In this document: piece by piece, positions 1 through 8,454 of the stretch
How the letters are laid out: every line of letters starts with the position of its first letter
Numbering within the stretch: position 1 is the stretch's first letter
Origin: Verrucomicrobiia bacterium
GTDB lineage: Bacteria; Verrucomicrobiota; Verrucomicrobiia; Chthoniobacterales; CALDSX01
Direction of reading: 5' to 3'
Assembly (NCBI GenBank): GCA_036804205.1
Contig: DAIRSW010000003.1
Coordinates: 1 to 51,382 of the forward strand
DNA: 51,382 nucleotides
Program-made: the position numbers and the translations under genes
Notes under the pieces: model-generated
Databases searched by the model: none
Told to the model about the DNA's origin: nothing
What the model saw: only the letters and a program-made list of their open reading frames with translations

Positions 1-21
1 ATTTTGCCTGGCTAATGCCTT

Positions 22-903
22 ATGCAGCGTTGGATTTGGAGAAATATTAGCCTTGAGTTGCCTAAAGAGTGGGAACTTTTGCTTTTTTCTAAGAAGAGAA
101 AGGCAGGAAGCCTCACTTTTGCGGACCGCAAAAAGTACCGTTTGCAGCTGGCGTGGAGAGAGCTCAGTGGTCAACCGGATATACCCCGGATGGCGAGGGA
201 CTATGCGTCACAACTTCTGGCCAAGGATGCCCAATCTCGCCCGCAAGCAGAGCGGGTCGCTGGCTGGTGGGCCATCGGGCATCGTAGCGAGGGGATGAGT
301 TCAACCCGTTACGTCCGTTTTTTTATAGAACAGAATCTGTTGGTGGAAGCGATCGCCCCGCCAACGCCCTTGGCGCGAGATGGCCGCATCTCGGAAGAAG
401 TCTTGCAGTCTGTAAATTTGGAGACCCACCATATGGATGGTTTGGATGAGTGGTCCGCTTTCGGAATGCTCTGGCAAGCCCCCGGTTGCTGGGAATTAAC
501 CTCGGCGCAGGTTCAGCCGGCATCGGTTACCTTGGAGTTTGCTCCTGAAAAAGAAAAAGGAATGTACGACCGGGTAACGCGACGCGGCATGGTTCGCCAT
601 TGGCTGAAGGGAAGTGTCGCCGAGTGGCTGAAGCTGCAGATTCCATCGAACGCCGAGCGGGTGGTTGAAGCGACCCTTGAAAGCGAGGGTGTTAAGCGTT
701 GGAGTGTGAGTGGGCAGGTGAAGCCAAGTAGCTGGGGGCAAGGCGCCCAAGGTTGGAGAAAATTTTCCGCTTTAGCATGGATTTGCCCCGGGGATGGTCG
801 CTTGTTTTGCCATCAACGCATGGAGGGTATGAAGGAAGCGCCACCCGAGGGCTCACTGTGGTCTTGGGCTCGCTCACCAGTGAAGGAGTTCGCTTATGTC
901 TAA
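22..903 (+). CDS. hypothetical protein, first visible gene of the coupled operon
   Basis: 293-aa ATG ORF with no motif I recognise. Its TAA stop (901-903) overlaps the ATG (896) of the next gene by 8 nt. Only 21 nt of upstream sequence are in the window. Confidence 0.55.
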   Translation: MQRWIWRNISLELPKEWELLLFSKKRKAGSLTFADRKKYRLQLAWRELSGQPDIPRMARDYASQLLAKDAQSRPQAERVAGWWAIGHRSEGMSSTRYVRFFIEQNLLVEAIAPPTPLARDGRISEEVLQSVNLETHHMDGLDEWSAFGMLWQAPGCWELTSAQVQPASVTLEFAPEKEKGMYDRVTRRGMVRHWLKGSVAEWLKLQIPSNAERVVEATLESEGVKRWSVSGQVKPSSWGQGAQGWRKFSALAWICPGDGRLFCHQRMEGMKEAPPEGSLWSWARSPVKEFAYV

Positions 904-1312
904 GAGCCAAACGAGCGAAGCGGCAAGCCACGCAGTTCAGGAAGGGCAAGGCGATTGGAATAAATTGCTGAAAGGTTCTTTGTTGCACAACCATGCAGCC
1001 AAAGTGGGGCAACCGGCTGAGGGGTTCTTGCCGATTTCCATCGCTGTCCGTCGTCCGGCCTGGTATGTGCCCCCCCTCACGTGGTTCTTCCGCTTGAGTG
1101 ATCGGCGGGTGGTTAAACTGGATGAATTAGGGCAAAAGATATGGCGACAATGTGATGGGAAAATTAAAATCAGCGAAATGATTGACCAACTTGCAGGTGA
1201 GGAACAACTCACCTTTCATGAAGCGCGCGTGATGCTAACCAGCTATGTGCAACAGTTAGTGGCTCGAGGAGTTGTGGTGGCAGTATTGCATAAACAGGAG
1301 GCAAAATCATGA
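896..1312 (+). CDS. PqqD-family (RiPP-recognition-element-like) small protein
   Basis: 138 aa. The C-terminal ~75 aa (VVKLDELGQKIWRQCDGKIKISEMIDQLAGEEQLTFHEARVMLTSYVQQLVARGVVV) fit the PqqD pattern (Ln.tg..iW.l.DG.rt..ei...l......d..ea..dv..fl..L...gli). An ATGA overlap links it to the downstream permease gene. Confidence 0.6.
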   Translation: MSKSQTSEAASHAVQEGQGDWNKLLKGSLLHNHAAKVGQPAEGFLPISIAVRRPAWYVPPLTWFFRLSDRRVVKLDELGQKIWRQCDGKIKISEMIDQLAGEEQLTFHEARVMLTSYVQQLVARGVVVAVLHKQEAKS

Positions 1313-2763
1313 GTCGCCCTATTGATATTAAGCCTCAGCCAAACTTGGGTCTGACGCGTTTGGCGCAAATGACCTTAAACGGCATCCGCTACCGTCTGTT
1401 TCGCTCACTCGTCACCATGGTTGTGGTGACTGTGGCCATCGCTTTTTTGATGTATATTTTGTCAGAAAGCGTGACCAAACGTTCGATGGTTGAAGTCGGA
1501 ATGGAACGCCTTTCCAATTACCGTCTTGCTTCATTCTGGGCTTCGAAACTCAGCACCCCGGCATCAATGGAAGGGCTCCTTAAGGATTTTGCCCAGGCAT
1601 CCTCCGGTGATCCCGTGTCGTCGGAGTTAGAGTTTTTTGCAAACAGCGATGCATCTGAGGTCGCAGAGCTCTTGCCTGCAGTTCAGCAAGCCCATGGTTT
1701 TTTAGATTTCTTGCGACGACTCGACTATGGGCGACTCCGACTGTTGACCGCTGGCAGGGATACTTTCGAGGTTTTTGAGTTTTTGCGGGAGCCGGAAAAC
1801 TTGGAGAACTTTTTTCAACAAGCCTCGCAAATGGCCACTTTGCGAATGCCATTGAGCAACGATGAGCTCAGCGAGCTTTTATTGGTTTGGCCAAGCATCG
1901 AAGAGTTTTTGCGTCGCACCCGAGAGGGGCAACGTGCAGCTATCGCCGAGCTGCGTGGCAGCTTGGGAGATCGAGGAATGATGGGGGCGCTTTTGGAAGC
2001 TTCTGGTGAGTTTGGGGATACAGTTCGCGGACAGGGTTTTCAACTCAGCGAGGAAACCGCGGTGGCGCTGAGTGAGCAAGCCAACTTGATGATGGTCGAA
2101 GCGCAGGTGCTCGAGCAATTGAACCGCACCGATGTTCGTCAAGCCGCGGCAGTGCGTCTTAATGTGTTGCCTGCTGAAGTCACTCTCGCCGGGATGTGGC
2201 CTCTCTTAAGCTCAGACGCGGGCAGCCGTTGGTGGGTTGAGTCGACCAATATTTCAGAATCGCCCATTATATCCTCGTTGGCTCAGCAGCGTTTGGAAGA
2301 AGATCAATTGGCCGATGTTGAGCCTTTGCAGGCTCAGTTGGAAGGCGGACTTTTCGGAATGGGTGAGCGGGTGACGTGGTTGATCGCCTTATCTATGGTG
2401 GTCTGTGCGGTGGGCATCATGAACGCCATGCTGATGTCGGTGACCGAGCGTTACCGCGAGATTGCGACTTTTAAGTGTTTAGGAGCCTTGGACGGATCAA
2501 TCATGTGGATGTTTGTGATGGAAGCTGCTTTGATTGGCTTAGTCGGGGGTGTTTTAGGTGCTTTTTTGGGGGGGCTATTGGGTGCTTTGGCCATGACCGC
2601 AGGTTTTGGAATGTTAGCTCTGCAAAGCTTGCCTCTTATGCAGATGGTGGTCGCTGGGCTTTGTTGTGTTGCTGCAGGGGCTATTCTCGCGGCGGCTTCG
2701 TCTATTTATCCTTCCTACAAGGCAGCAAGGCTCGCCCCCATGGAAGCTATGCGCATTGATTAA
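1309..2763 (+). CDS. ABC transporter permease, MacB/FtsX type (type VII)
   Basis: 484 aa. It has an N-terminal TM helix (RSLVTMVVVTVAIAFLMYIL), a ~300-aa extracytoplasmic insert, and a C-terminal FtsX-like 3-TM block (MSVTERYREIATFKCLGALDGSIMWMF...SIYPSYKAARLAPMEAMR). Confidence 0.8.
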   Translation: MSRPIDIKPQPNLGLTRLAQMTLNGIRYRLFRSLVTMVVVTVAIAFLMYILSESVTKRSMVEVGMERLSNYRLASFWASKLSTPASMEGLLKDFAQASSGDPVSSELEFFANSDASEVAELLPAVQQAHGFLDFLRRLDYGRLRLLTAGRDTFEVFEFLREPENLENFFQQASQMATLRMPLSNDELSELLLVWPSIEEFLRRTREGQRAAIAELRGSLGDRGMMGALLEASGEFGDTVRGQGFQLSEETAVALSEQANLMMVEAQVLEQLNRTDVRQAAAVRLNVLPAEVTLAGMWPLLSSDAGSRWWVESTNISESPIISSLAQQRLEEDQLADVEPLQAQLEGGLFGMGERVTWLIALSMVVCAVGIMNAMLMSVTERYREIATFKCLGALDGSIMWMFVMEAALIGLVGGVLGAFLGGLLGALAMTAGFGMLALQSLPLMQMVVAGLCCVAAGAILAAASSIYPSYKAARLAPMEAMRID

Positions 2764-2767
2764 GAAC

Positions 2768-3571
2768 ATGACAGCCAACGCTCCTCCTGAAACCTCTCCA
2801 GAGGTTAAAGACCAGACCGCCAAAAAACTGCAAGATGAAGATCGTCGGGTCATCATCCGGACGGTTGGTCTTAAAAAGAGCTACGTGAAAGGCGGCGTAG
2901 AAACGGTGGCCTTAAAAGGCGTGAACGCGGAGATCTATTCAGGAGAGTTTATCTCTGTGATGGGCCCGTCGGGTTCTGGTAAGAGTACGTTCTTTAACAT
3001 GATCGGTGGCCTGGACAGGCCTTCTTTAGGTCGGGTGTTCATTGATGAGGTTGACGTAGCCCAGTTAACTGCCGTGGAGCTGGCCTTTTTGCGATGCCGC
3101 AAGATTGGCTATATTTTCCAAAGCTACAACCTGGTTCAGTACATGACTGCGCTAGAAAACGTGACCATACCGATGACTTTCGCTGGGTTGAATGCCGATG
3201 AAGCGCGGCGTCGAGGTATTGATATTCTGGATACTGTTGGTCTAAAGGAGCGATGGTTTCACCGGCCCATTGAGATGTCTGGAGGCCAGCAGCAGCGAGT
3301 TGCTATTGGCCGGTCGCTGGCGAATCGCCCGGCCATTCTCCTGTGCGATGAGCCGACTGCGAATCTGGATTTGAAGACCGGTCAAGAAATTTTGGAAATC
3401 TTGCAAAGACTCAACAAGGAGCGTGGCGTGACCATTATTTGCGCCACCCATGATCACCGCATGCTGAATATTTGCGATCGTCTCATGTGGATCCGCGATG
3501 GGGAAATTGAGCGTGTGGCGCAACGAAGTGAAGTGGAAATTGAACTAGGCTCGATCGGAGGCGAAGAATGA
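2768..3571 (+). CDS. ABC transporter ATP-binding protein (MacB/LolD/FtsE-like)
   Basis: Walker [10 protein letters not shown], signature [15 protein letters not shown], Walker [13 protein letters not shown] and H-loop ATHD. I chose the ATG at 2768, 4 nt after the permease stop; the tracked ORF start at 2666 would overlap the permease gene by ~100 nt. Confidence 0.9.
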   Translation: MTANAPPETSPEVKDQTAKKLQDEDRRVIIRTVGLKKSYVKGGVETVALKGVNAEIYSGEFISVMGPSGSGKSTFFNMIGGLDRPSLGRVFIDEVDVAQLTAVELAFLRCRKIGYIFQSYNLVQYMTALENVTIPMTFAGLNADEARRRGIDILDTVGLKERWFHRPIEMSGGQQQRVAIGRSLANRPAILLCDEPTANLDLKTGQEILEILQRLNKERGVTIICATHDHRMLNICDRLMWIRDGEIERVAQRSEVEIELGSIGGEE

Positions 3572-6500
3572 TGAATTGTATGAAAATTAGCACCCTAACT
3601 GCGGCGTTATTTCTGGTCGCTTGGGATTCACTCCTCATAGCGCAGGATGTGCCTCCTTTGACCGAGACCGAGCAAGTTGAAGTGGTTGAAGTGGTTGAAG
3701 TGGTTGAGGCGGCAAGTGCTCCATTAGAAGGCCCCCCGGTCAATCCCCAGTTTCTTCAGGATGTGGCTATGCTGACTCAACATCCCCATCGGATGGCTGG
3801 TAGTGTAGGTAACCTGGAGGCTACGGCCCATCTCGAGGAGCGGCTCAAAGAGTTGGGGGCCGAAGTGTTTGTTCAGGATTTTCCGTTAGCAAGACTAGAA
3901 ACAACTCGCTCCGAACTTTTGCAGGGTGGGCAAACTCTCCCTCTCAGTCCGATGCGACCGAATGGGTTGATTCCCCCAAGCACCGGTCCCGCCGGGGTTT
4001 CCGGAACTTTAATCTGGGCCGGAGATGGTCAACGCTCGTCGTACGGTGAGGCCGAGGTGGCCGGATCCATCGTGGTCATAGAAGCCTCTGCAAGCGATGC
4101 GTGGCGAGACGCCTTTCGTATGGGTGCCCAAGCGGTCATTCATGTTCGCAGCGAGGAAATGAGCTCAGCAGATATTCACTTTACGGAAGCCCACGCAAAT
4201 TTCCCTCGGTTTTATTATAACGGAGAGGCCGGTGACCTTGTGTTTGGCGAAGTCGCAACCGTTATCAATGAACAGCGTTGGACCGGTGGTGTCGGGCGAA
4301 ATGTTTTGGGTTTCTTTCCGGGTAGCGATCCCACGTTCTATTTTGGTCAAGAAGAGATGTTCGTCCTAGCGGCGCAGATTGATACGTTTGGTGCGGTTCC
4401 TGAAAAGGTGCGCGGGGCACGCATGGCCGCGAACATGGCCGGAGTACTGCAAATCGCCGAGCAGTGGAAAGAATCTGCGCCTCGGCGACATTTGTTGGTG
4501 GCGTTTCTCAATAATGAAGCCATGGGCTACGAGGGGGCCAGAAGGTTATACCGCAGTCTGGATCAAGACGGCACAACTCTGAATGCGTTGTCTGAGCGCC
4601 GAACCTCGCTCGTTCAGGAGAAAGCGTTCATTCGACAACTCTTGGACACCGTATCTACCGATCATCCAATGGAACTAGCGCATCCAAGTATCTACACCCA
4701 GTTGTTTAACCGGATGCGTTTGGTGACCGATGAAGAAATTGAAAATTCCCGGGCTTCCATGGGCGACATACGCCAGGCGCTTGATCGAATTCAGCGTGCT
4801 AGTCAGGATGGGGAGGTTGACGAAGCTCGGGCTGCGCCCTTAAGGGCAGAATTAGAGACCTTTCAGGAGCCACACTTGCGGCTCAATGATTTTCGGCGTG
4901 AACTCGCAACCCGAACTCTAGCCCCCCCAACTGAGGACGCCAACTACGCGCGGATTTTGAATATAGTCAGGCAAGAGCTGGGCACGCGTTCTGAGGAGTT
5001 AATTCTCGAGGAGCGTGCCCTTGAACACGACTCACGCATCTCGCAGGAGCTTGGGAAATATCGCATAGCACTGCATGCGACCGTAAACTATGGCAACGGC
5101 ACCGAACGCTGGGGACTGCATTTTGGAGGCAGCTCTCTGCAACGGTCGCTACGTGATCTGCCGGGTTTGTATAGTAGAGTGCTTTCTGTTTTCCGTGCTT
5201 GTGGTGAGAAGTTGCTCGAAAACGGGGCTCCGGTTGATAACTTTGAACGTAGCCTAACTTCGCCAGGCAGCCAATTGTTTGGGGGCGGGCGACTGATCCA
5301 TGGGGGCGAGATTGCTGGTCGCTACGGGGTCTTTAATTTTGTGTTGGGAACAGTATTCGACTTTTTCCCTAAAGATGGAACGCCAGCCGATGTGGTTGAA
5401 AACTTGGATCTCGCGACCATCGAAACTCAAATGAACTCGACAGGCTTGGTATTGGCGGAAGCTGCTAACCGGGAAGGCTTGTCGCTCAACTCGCCAATCG
5501 TCCGAGTGGTGCACTATTCTGAGCCACGCTTTCGCGACAGCAGGGTGACCGGATCGCTAGTTCTGCGTCGCACCCGAGGAAGTCCAACGGCCAACCGCTC
5601 GGCCATCGGAGCTGTGGTTGGTGTCTACCCAAGAAATCCCCAGGTCTTTAATCGTGGCTCACACGATCATCTGGGAGTTAGCATGAACAAGAGCAATATG
5701 TTTGTAGATTTGCAGGTGCAGCTGGTGAACGCGAATGGGGCCATCATGTTCGGCCCCGTTGACCCCTTGGCTAAACCAGGCTTAGGGATTGCGGCGCTGT
5801 TTAATGATTCCGGCCAGGTGGAGGCCATGACGGATCGAGTTTCCATAGCCGACGTCTCAAATCGATTAAATTTGTTTGTATCCAGGGGAGGGGCATTGAT
5901 CGCTCCACCCCATGTCCTGCCCAGTTTTTCTTTGGTCATGAACGGGCGGACCAACAGCGAGCTTGACGGTGCCCGGTCGATGTTCACAACACAGGATGGC
6001 GTCGTCTATTGGTATTCCGAAGCCAAGGTAGACTGGATTAAAGTTTTTGGCACCAGCTCAGTCGTGGCACTGAATATGGAGAGTGAAACAGGACAAGGCT
6101 TGTATGGCTCGGGGCTTCCACAAGGCGATGGGGGGTGGATCTTTCCTAGGCTCAACCAGCTCGGAGCCAATGACCTTTTGTCTATTAATGAGGAGCGATT
6201 GGAAACTGTAAGAAGCCGTGGCGTTTCAAACCTTTCTGTTGAGGAGCTGCACGCCAGGGCTGAGGACCTCAATCGTTTCGCGGAAGAGAGCCCCACTGTT
6301 GCCCGGAGCGAGGCGCTGCACACCTCCGCTTTTTTAGGAGCAATGCCGGTTTATCTAAACACCCGTCAGAACCTCGATGACTTGGTGCGATCCGTCTTGG
6401 TGCTGCTGGCTTTGGCGGTGCCATTTGCTTTTGCTTTGGAACGTCTCCTGATTGGATCACCCAGTATCTACCGACAACTGAGTTGGTTTACCGGCTTCTT

Positions 6501-8454
6501 CATCGCGGTATTTTTGTTGTTATACTTTACACATCCAGCGTTTGCAGTCTCTAATGCGCCGCTTATTATTTTCTTGGGCTTTACGATCATTACATTGTCG
6601 GTTTTGGTAATCTATATCATCATGCAGAAGTTTGAGGTGGAACTCAAACACTTGCAGGGAGTGGCCAGCACCGTGCATAGTGCTGATGTTTCGCGATTTA
6701 GTACGATGCTTGCTGCCATGACCATGGGCATTTCTACCATGCGACGTCGTCCGGTGCGAACGGCGCTAACCGCTACTACGATTATTCTGTTAACTTTCAC
6801 TATTTTGTGTTTTGCATCGTTCGGAGGCGCTCTTGGAGTCACTACACGATTTATCGGGCCTCTCCCTGGCCATGAAGGTGCCTACATTCATCGGATCAAT
6901 TGGGGACCTCTTGACCCCGCTCTGCAAGACACTCTAAAATACCGCTGGGAAGGGGAAGAAAAAGTGACGGGGCGATACTGGTTATCTCCGATGACGGTAG
7001 ACTCTCCCGCCCCCACGCTCGGGCAGGCTGATGGCACGAACCCAGTGGTGATTCAAGGTTTGTTGGGTCTTGACCAGGAAGAGTTGGAGCATCGGGACGA
7101 CCTCCGCGAGATCGTGCAGCAGGACGGAGTGCCATTCGACCAGGGTATATGGCTTAGCGAAGCAACCGGCAACTCCATGCAAGTGGAGGTCGGCGATGCC
7201 GTTCGTCTCAACGGGCGAGAGCTTACTGTGGCAGGCTTGTTTGATGCGAGTGCCTTTGCCGCAATTAGGGATATGGATGGCAGTAGTATCTTACCAGTGG
7301 ATTTTCTTGCCATGGAGCAGCTGTTACCTGAGGCACTTGACGACTCCGAAGGTTCCGGCGGTGCAATGAGCTGGGAGGTCTTGGCCCCAGATGGGGTTGT
7401 CATCGTATCGGCAGAAGTAGCACGTCAAATGGACGCCAGTCTGAGAGCCATTACCATTTACGCTGAAGACACCACCACAGCGACCAGGGTCGCCGAGGAT
7501 ACGGCGCGGCTTTTAGGGATCCCAATAGCTGGAACCCGCGAGGACAGTGTATACTACCACCGCTTTGGTACAACCTTAGCTGCAACCGGTTTGGGGGACT
7601 TGGTGATGCCGATTATCCTGGGTGGACTGGTGGTCTTTGGCACGATGTTAGGTTCTGTTGCAGATCGCGAGAAAGAGATTTACACATTTAGCGCGCTGGG
7701 CTTAGCCCCTCCCCACGTGGCAAGTTTGTTTTTCGCTGAAGCCCTAGTCTTTTCTGTCATAGGCGGACTAGGAGGTTACCTGACGGCGCAAGCTGTTTTG
7801 GAAGGGCTTAAATTTTTAGCGACTCTAGGTTTAGCAGTAGTCCCTGAAATCAATTATTCATCAACCAACTCGATCATCACGATTCTTATCGTGATGGGTA
7901 CTGTTATGATCTCTGCTGTGTATCCGGCGATAAAGGCCTCCCGCAGCGCCAACCCTGGAGTGATGCGATCATGGCAGTTGCCTGCGCCGGAAGGCGATGT
8001 CATGAAAATCGTCTTTCCTTTCACCGTATCCAGCTACGACATCACTGGTGTGGTGAGTTTCTTGAAGGAACACTTCGACAACTTCAAAGACACCAGCCTG
8101 GGGAGCTTTTTAGCTCGAAAAACGCGATTGCAGCTCGCTGATGCTGAACCACTGGGCATCGACTCGGAGTTAGCGCTGGCTCCATTTGACCTTGGCGTGA
8201 CTCAAAAATTCTCGCTTCGGAGTGCTCCGAGTGAGATTCCTGGAATCGATGAAGTTACCATCCGGTTGGAGCGTTTGTCCGGGCAGCCTAAAGACTGGAA
8301 GCGATTAAACAAAATTCTGTTGGATGATCTACGGAAACAATTTCTTATCTGGCGTTCGCTGCCAGAAGAAACCATGGAGCAATACCGCGAGCGGACCCTC
8401 CTCGCGCGAACCCAGCCTAGCCAGACAGATACCGAGGAAGAAAGCAACTCATGA
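3568..8454 (+). CDS. giant fusion protein: signal peptide + M28/PA-like (apparently degenerate) ectodomain + extra TM helices + MacB/FtsX-type permease module + ~165-aa C-terminal tail
   Basis: 1628 aa.
- N-terminal signal-like helix: MKISTLTAALFLVAWDSLLIAQ.
- aa ~60-330 resemble an M28 peptidase with a PA insert (HPHRMAGSVGNLEATAHLEERLKELG...; NVLGFFPG...VLAAQIDTFG...GARMAANMAGVLQIAE...VAFLNNEAMGYEGARRLY).
- TM cluster at aa ~985-1030.
- FtsX N-terminal helix from aa 1058 (MRRRPVRTALTATTIILLTFTILCFASFGG).
- ~300-aa loop, then an FtsX 3-TM block (SVADREKEIYTFSALGLAPPHVASLFFAEALVFSVIGGLGGY...VYPAIKASRSANP).
- ATGA overlaps at both ends of the gene. Confidence 0.8.
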   Translation: MMNCMKISTLTAALFLVAWDSLLIAQDVPPLTETEQVEVVEVVEVVEAASAPLEGPPVNPQFLQDVAMLTQHPHRMAGSVGNLEATAHLEERLKELGAEVFVQDFPLARLETTRSELLQGGQTLPLSPMRPNGLIPPSTGPAGVSGTLIWAGDGQRSSYGEAEVAGSIVVIEASASDAWRDAFRMGAQAVIHVRSEEMSSADIHFTEAHANFPRFYYNGEAGDLVFGEVATVINEQRWTGGVGRNVLGFFPGSDPTFYFGQEEMFVLAAQIDTFGAVPEKVRGARMAANMAGVLQIAEQWKESAPRRHLLVAFLNNEAMGYEGARRLYRSLDQDGTTLNALSERRTSLVQEKAFIRQLLDTVSTDHPMELAHPSIYTQLFNRMRLVTDEEIENSRASMGDIRQALDRIQRASQDGEVDEARAAPLRAELETFQEPHLRLNDFRRELATRTLAPPTEDANYARILNIVRQELGTRSEELILEERALEHDSRISQELGKYRIALHATVNYGNGTERWGLHFGGSSLQRSLRDLPGLYSRVLSVFRACGEKLLENGAPVDNFERSLTSPGSQLFGGGRLIHGGEIAGRYGVFNFVLGTVFDFFPKDGTPADVVENLDLATIETQMNSTGLVLAEAANREGLSLNSPIVRVVHYSEPRFRDSRVTGSLVLRRTRGSPTANRSAIGAVVGVYPRNPQVFNRGSHDHLGVSMNKSNMFVDLQVQLVNANGAIMFGPVDPLAKPGLGIAALFNDSGQVEAMTDRVSIADVSNRLNLFVSRGGALIAPPHVLPSFSLVMNGRTNSELDGARSMFTTQDGVVYWYSEAKVDWIKVFGTSSVVALNMESETGQGLYGSGLPQGDGGWIFPRLNQLGANDLLSINEERLETVRSRGVSNLSVEELHARAEDLNRFAEESPTVARSEALHTSAFLGAMPVYLNTRQNLDDLVRSVLVLLALAVPFAFALERLLIGSPSIYRQLSWFTGFFIAVFLLLYFTHPAFAVSNAPLIIFLGFTIITLSVLVIYIIMQKFEVELKHLQGVASTVHSADVSRFSTMLAAMTMGISTMRRRPVRTALTATTIILLTFTILCFASFGGALGVTTRFIGPLPGHEGAYIHRINWGPLDPALQDTLKYRWEGEEKVTGRYWLSPMTVDSPAPTLGQADGTNPVVIQGLLGLDQEELEHRDDLREIVQQDGVPFDQGIWLSEATGNSMQVEVGDAVRLNGRELTVAGLFDASAFAAIRDMDGSSILPVDFLAMEQLLPEALDDSEGSGGAMSWEVLAPDGVVIVSAEVARQMDASLRAITIYAEDTTTATRVAEDTARLLGIPIAGTREDSVYYHRFGTTLAATGLGDLVMPIILGGLVVFGTMLGSVADREKEIYTFSALGLAPPHVASLFFAEALVFSVIGGLGGYLTAQAVLEGLKFLATLGLAVVPEINYSSTNSIITILIVMGTVMISAVYPAIKASRSANPGVMRSWQLPAPEGDVMKIVFPFTVSSYDITGVVSFLKEHFDNFKDTSLGSFLARKTRLQLADAEPLGIDSELALAPFDLGVTQKFSLRSAPSEIPGIDEVTIRLERLSGQPKDWKRLNKILLDDLRKQFLIWRSLPEETMEQYRERTLLARTQPSQTDTEEESNS
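3676..3708 (+). repeat. in-frame 9-bp tandem repeat (GTTGAAGTG x3 plus a partial copy) encoding (VEV)n
   Basis: Read directly: gttgaagtg gttgaagtg gttgaagtg gttgag, just after the predicted signal peptide of the giant protein. Confidence 0.9.

Noticed and set aside
2666-2767. Longer N-terminal extensions proposed by the ORF track (2666 for the ATPase; likewise 11222 uvrB, 28917 RRM, 41745 typA, 42637 SPS-like, 34347 gldG-like, 47760 murG, 48860 murC/B)
   Set aside because: In each case an internal ATG gives an N-terminus that matches the family, or a neat ATGA or short-gap junction with the upstream gene. The longer versions overlap neighbours or add non-protein-like residues.
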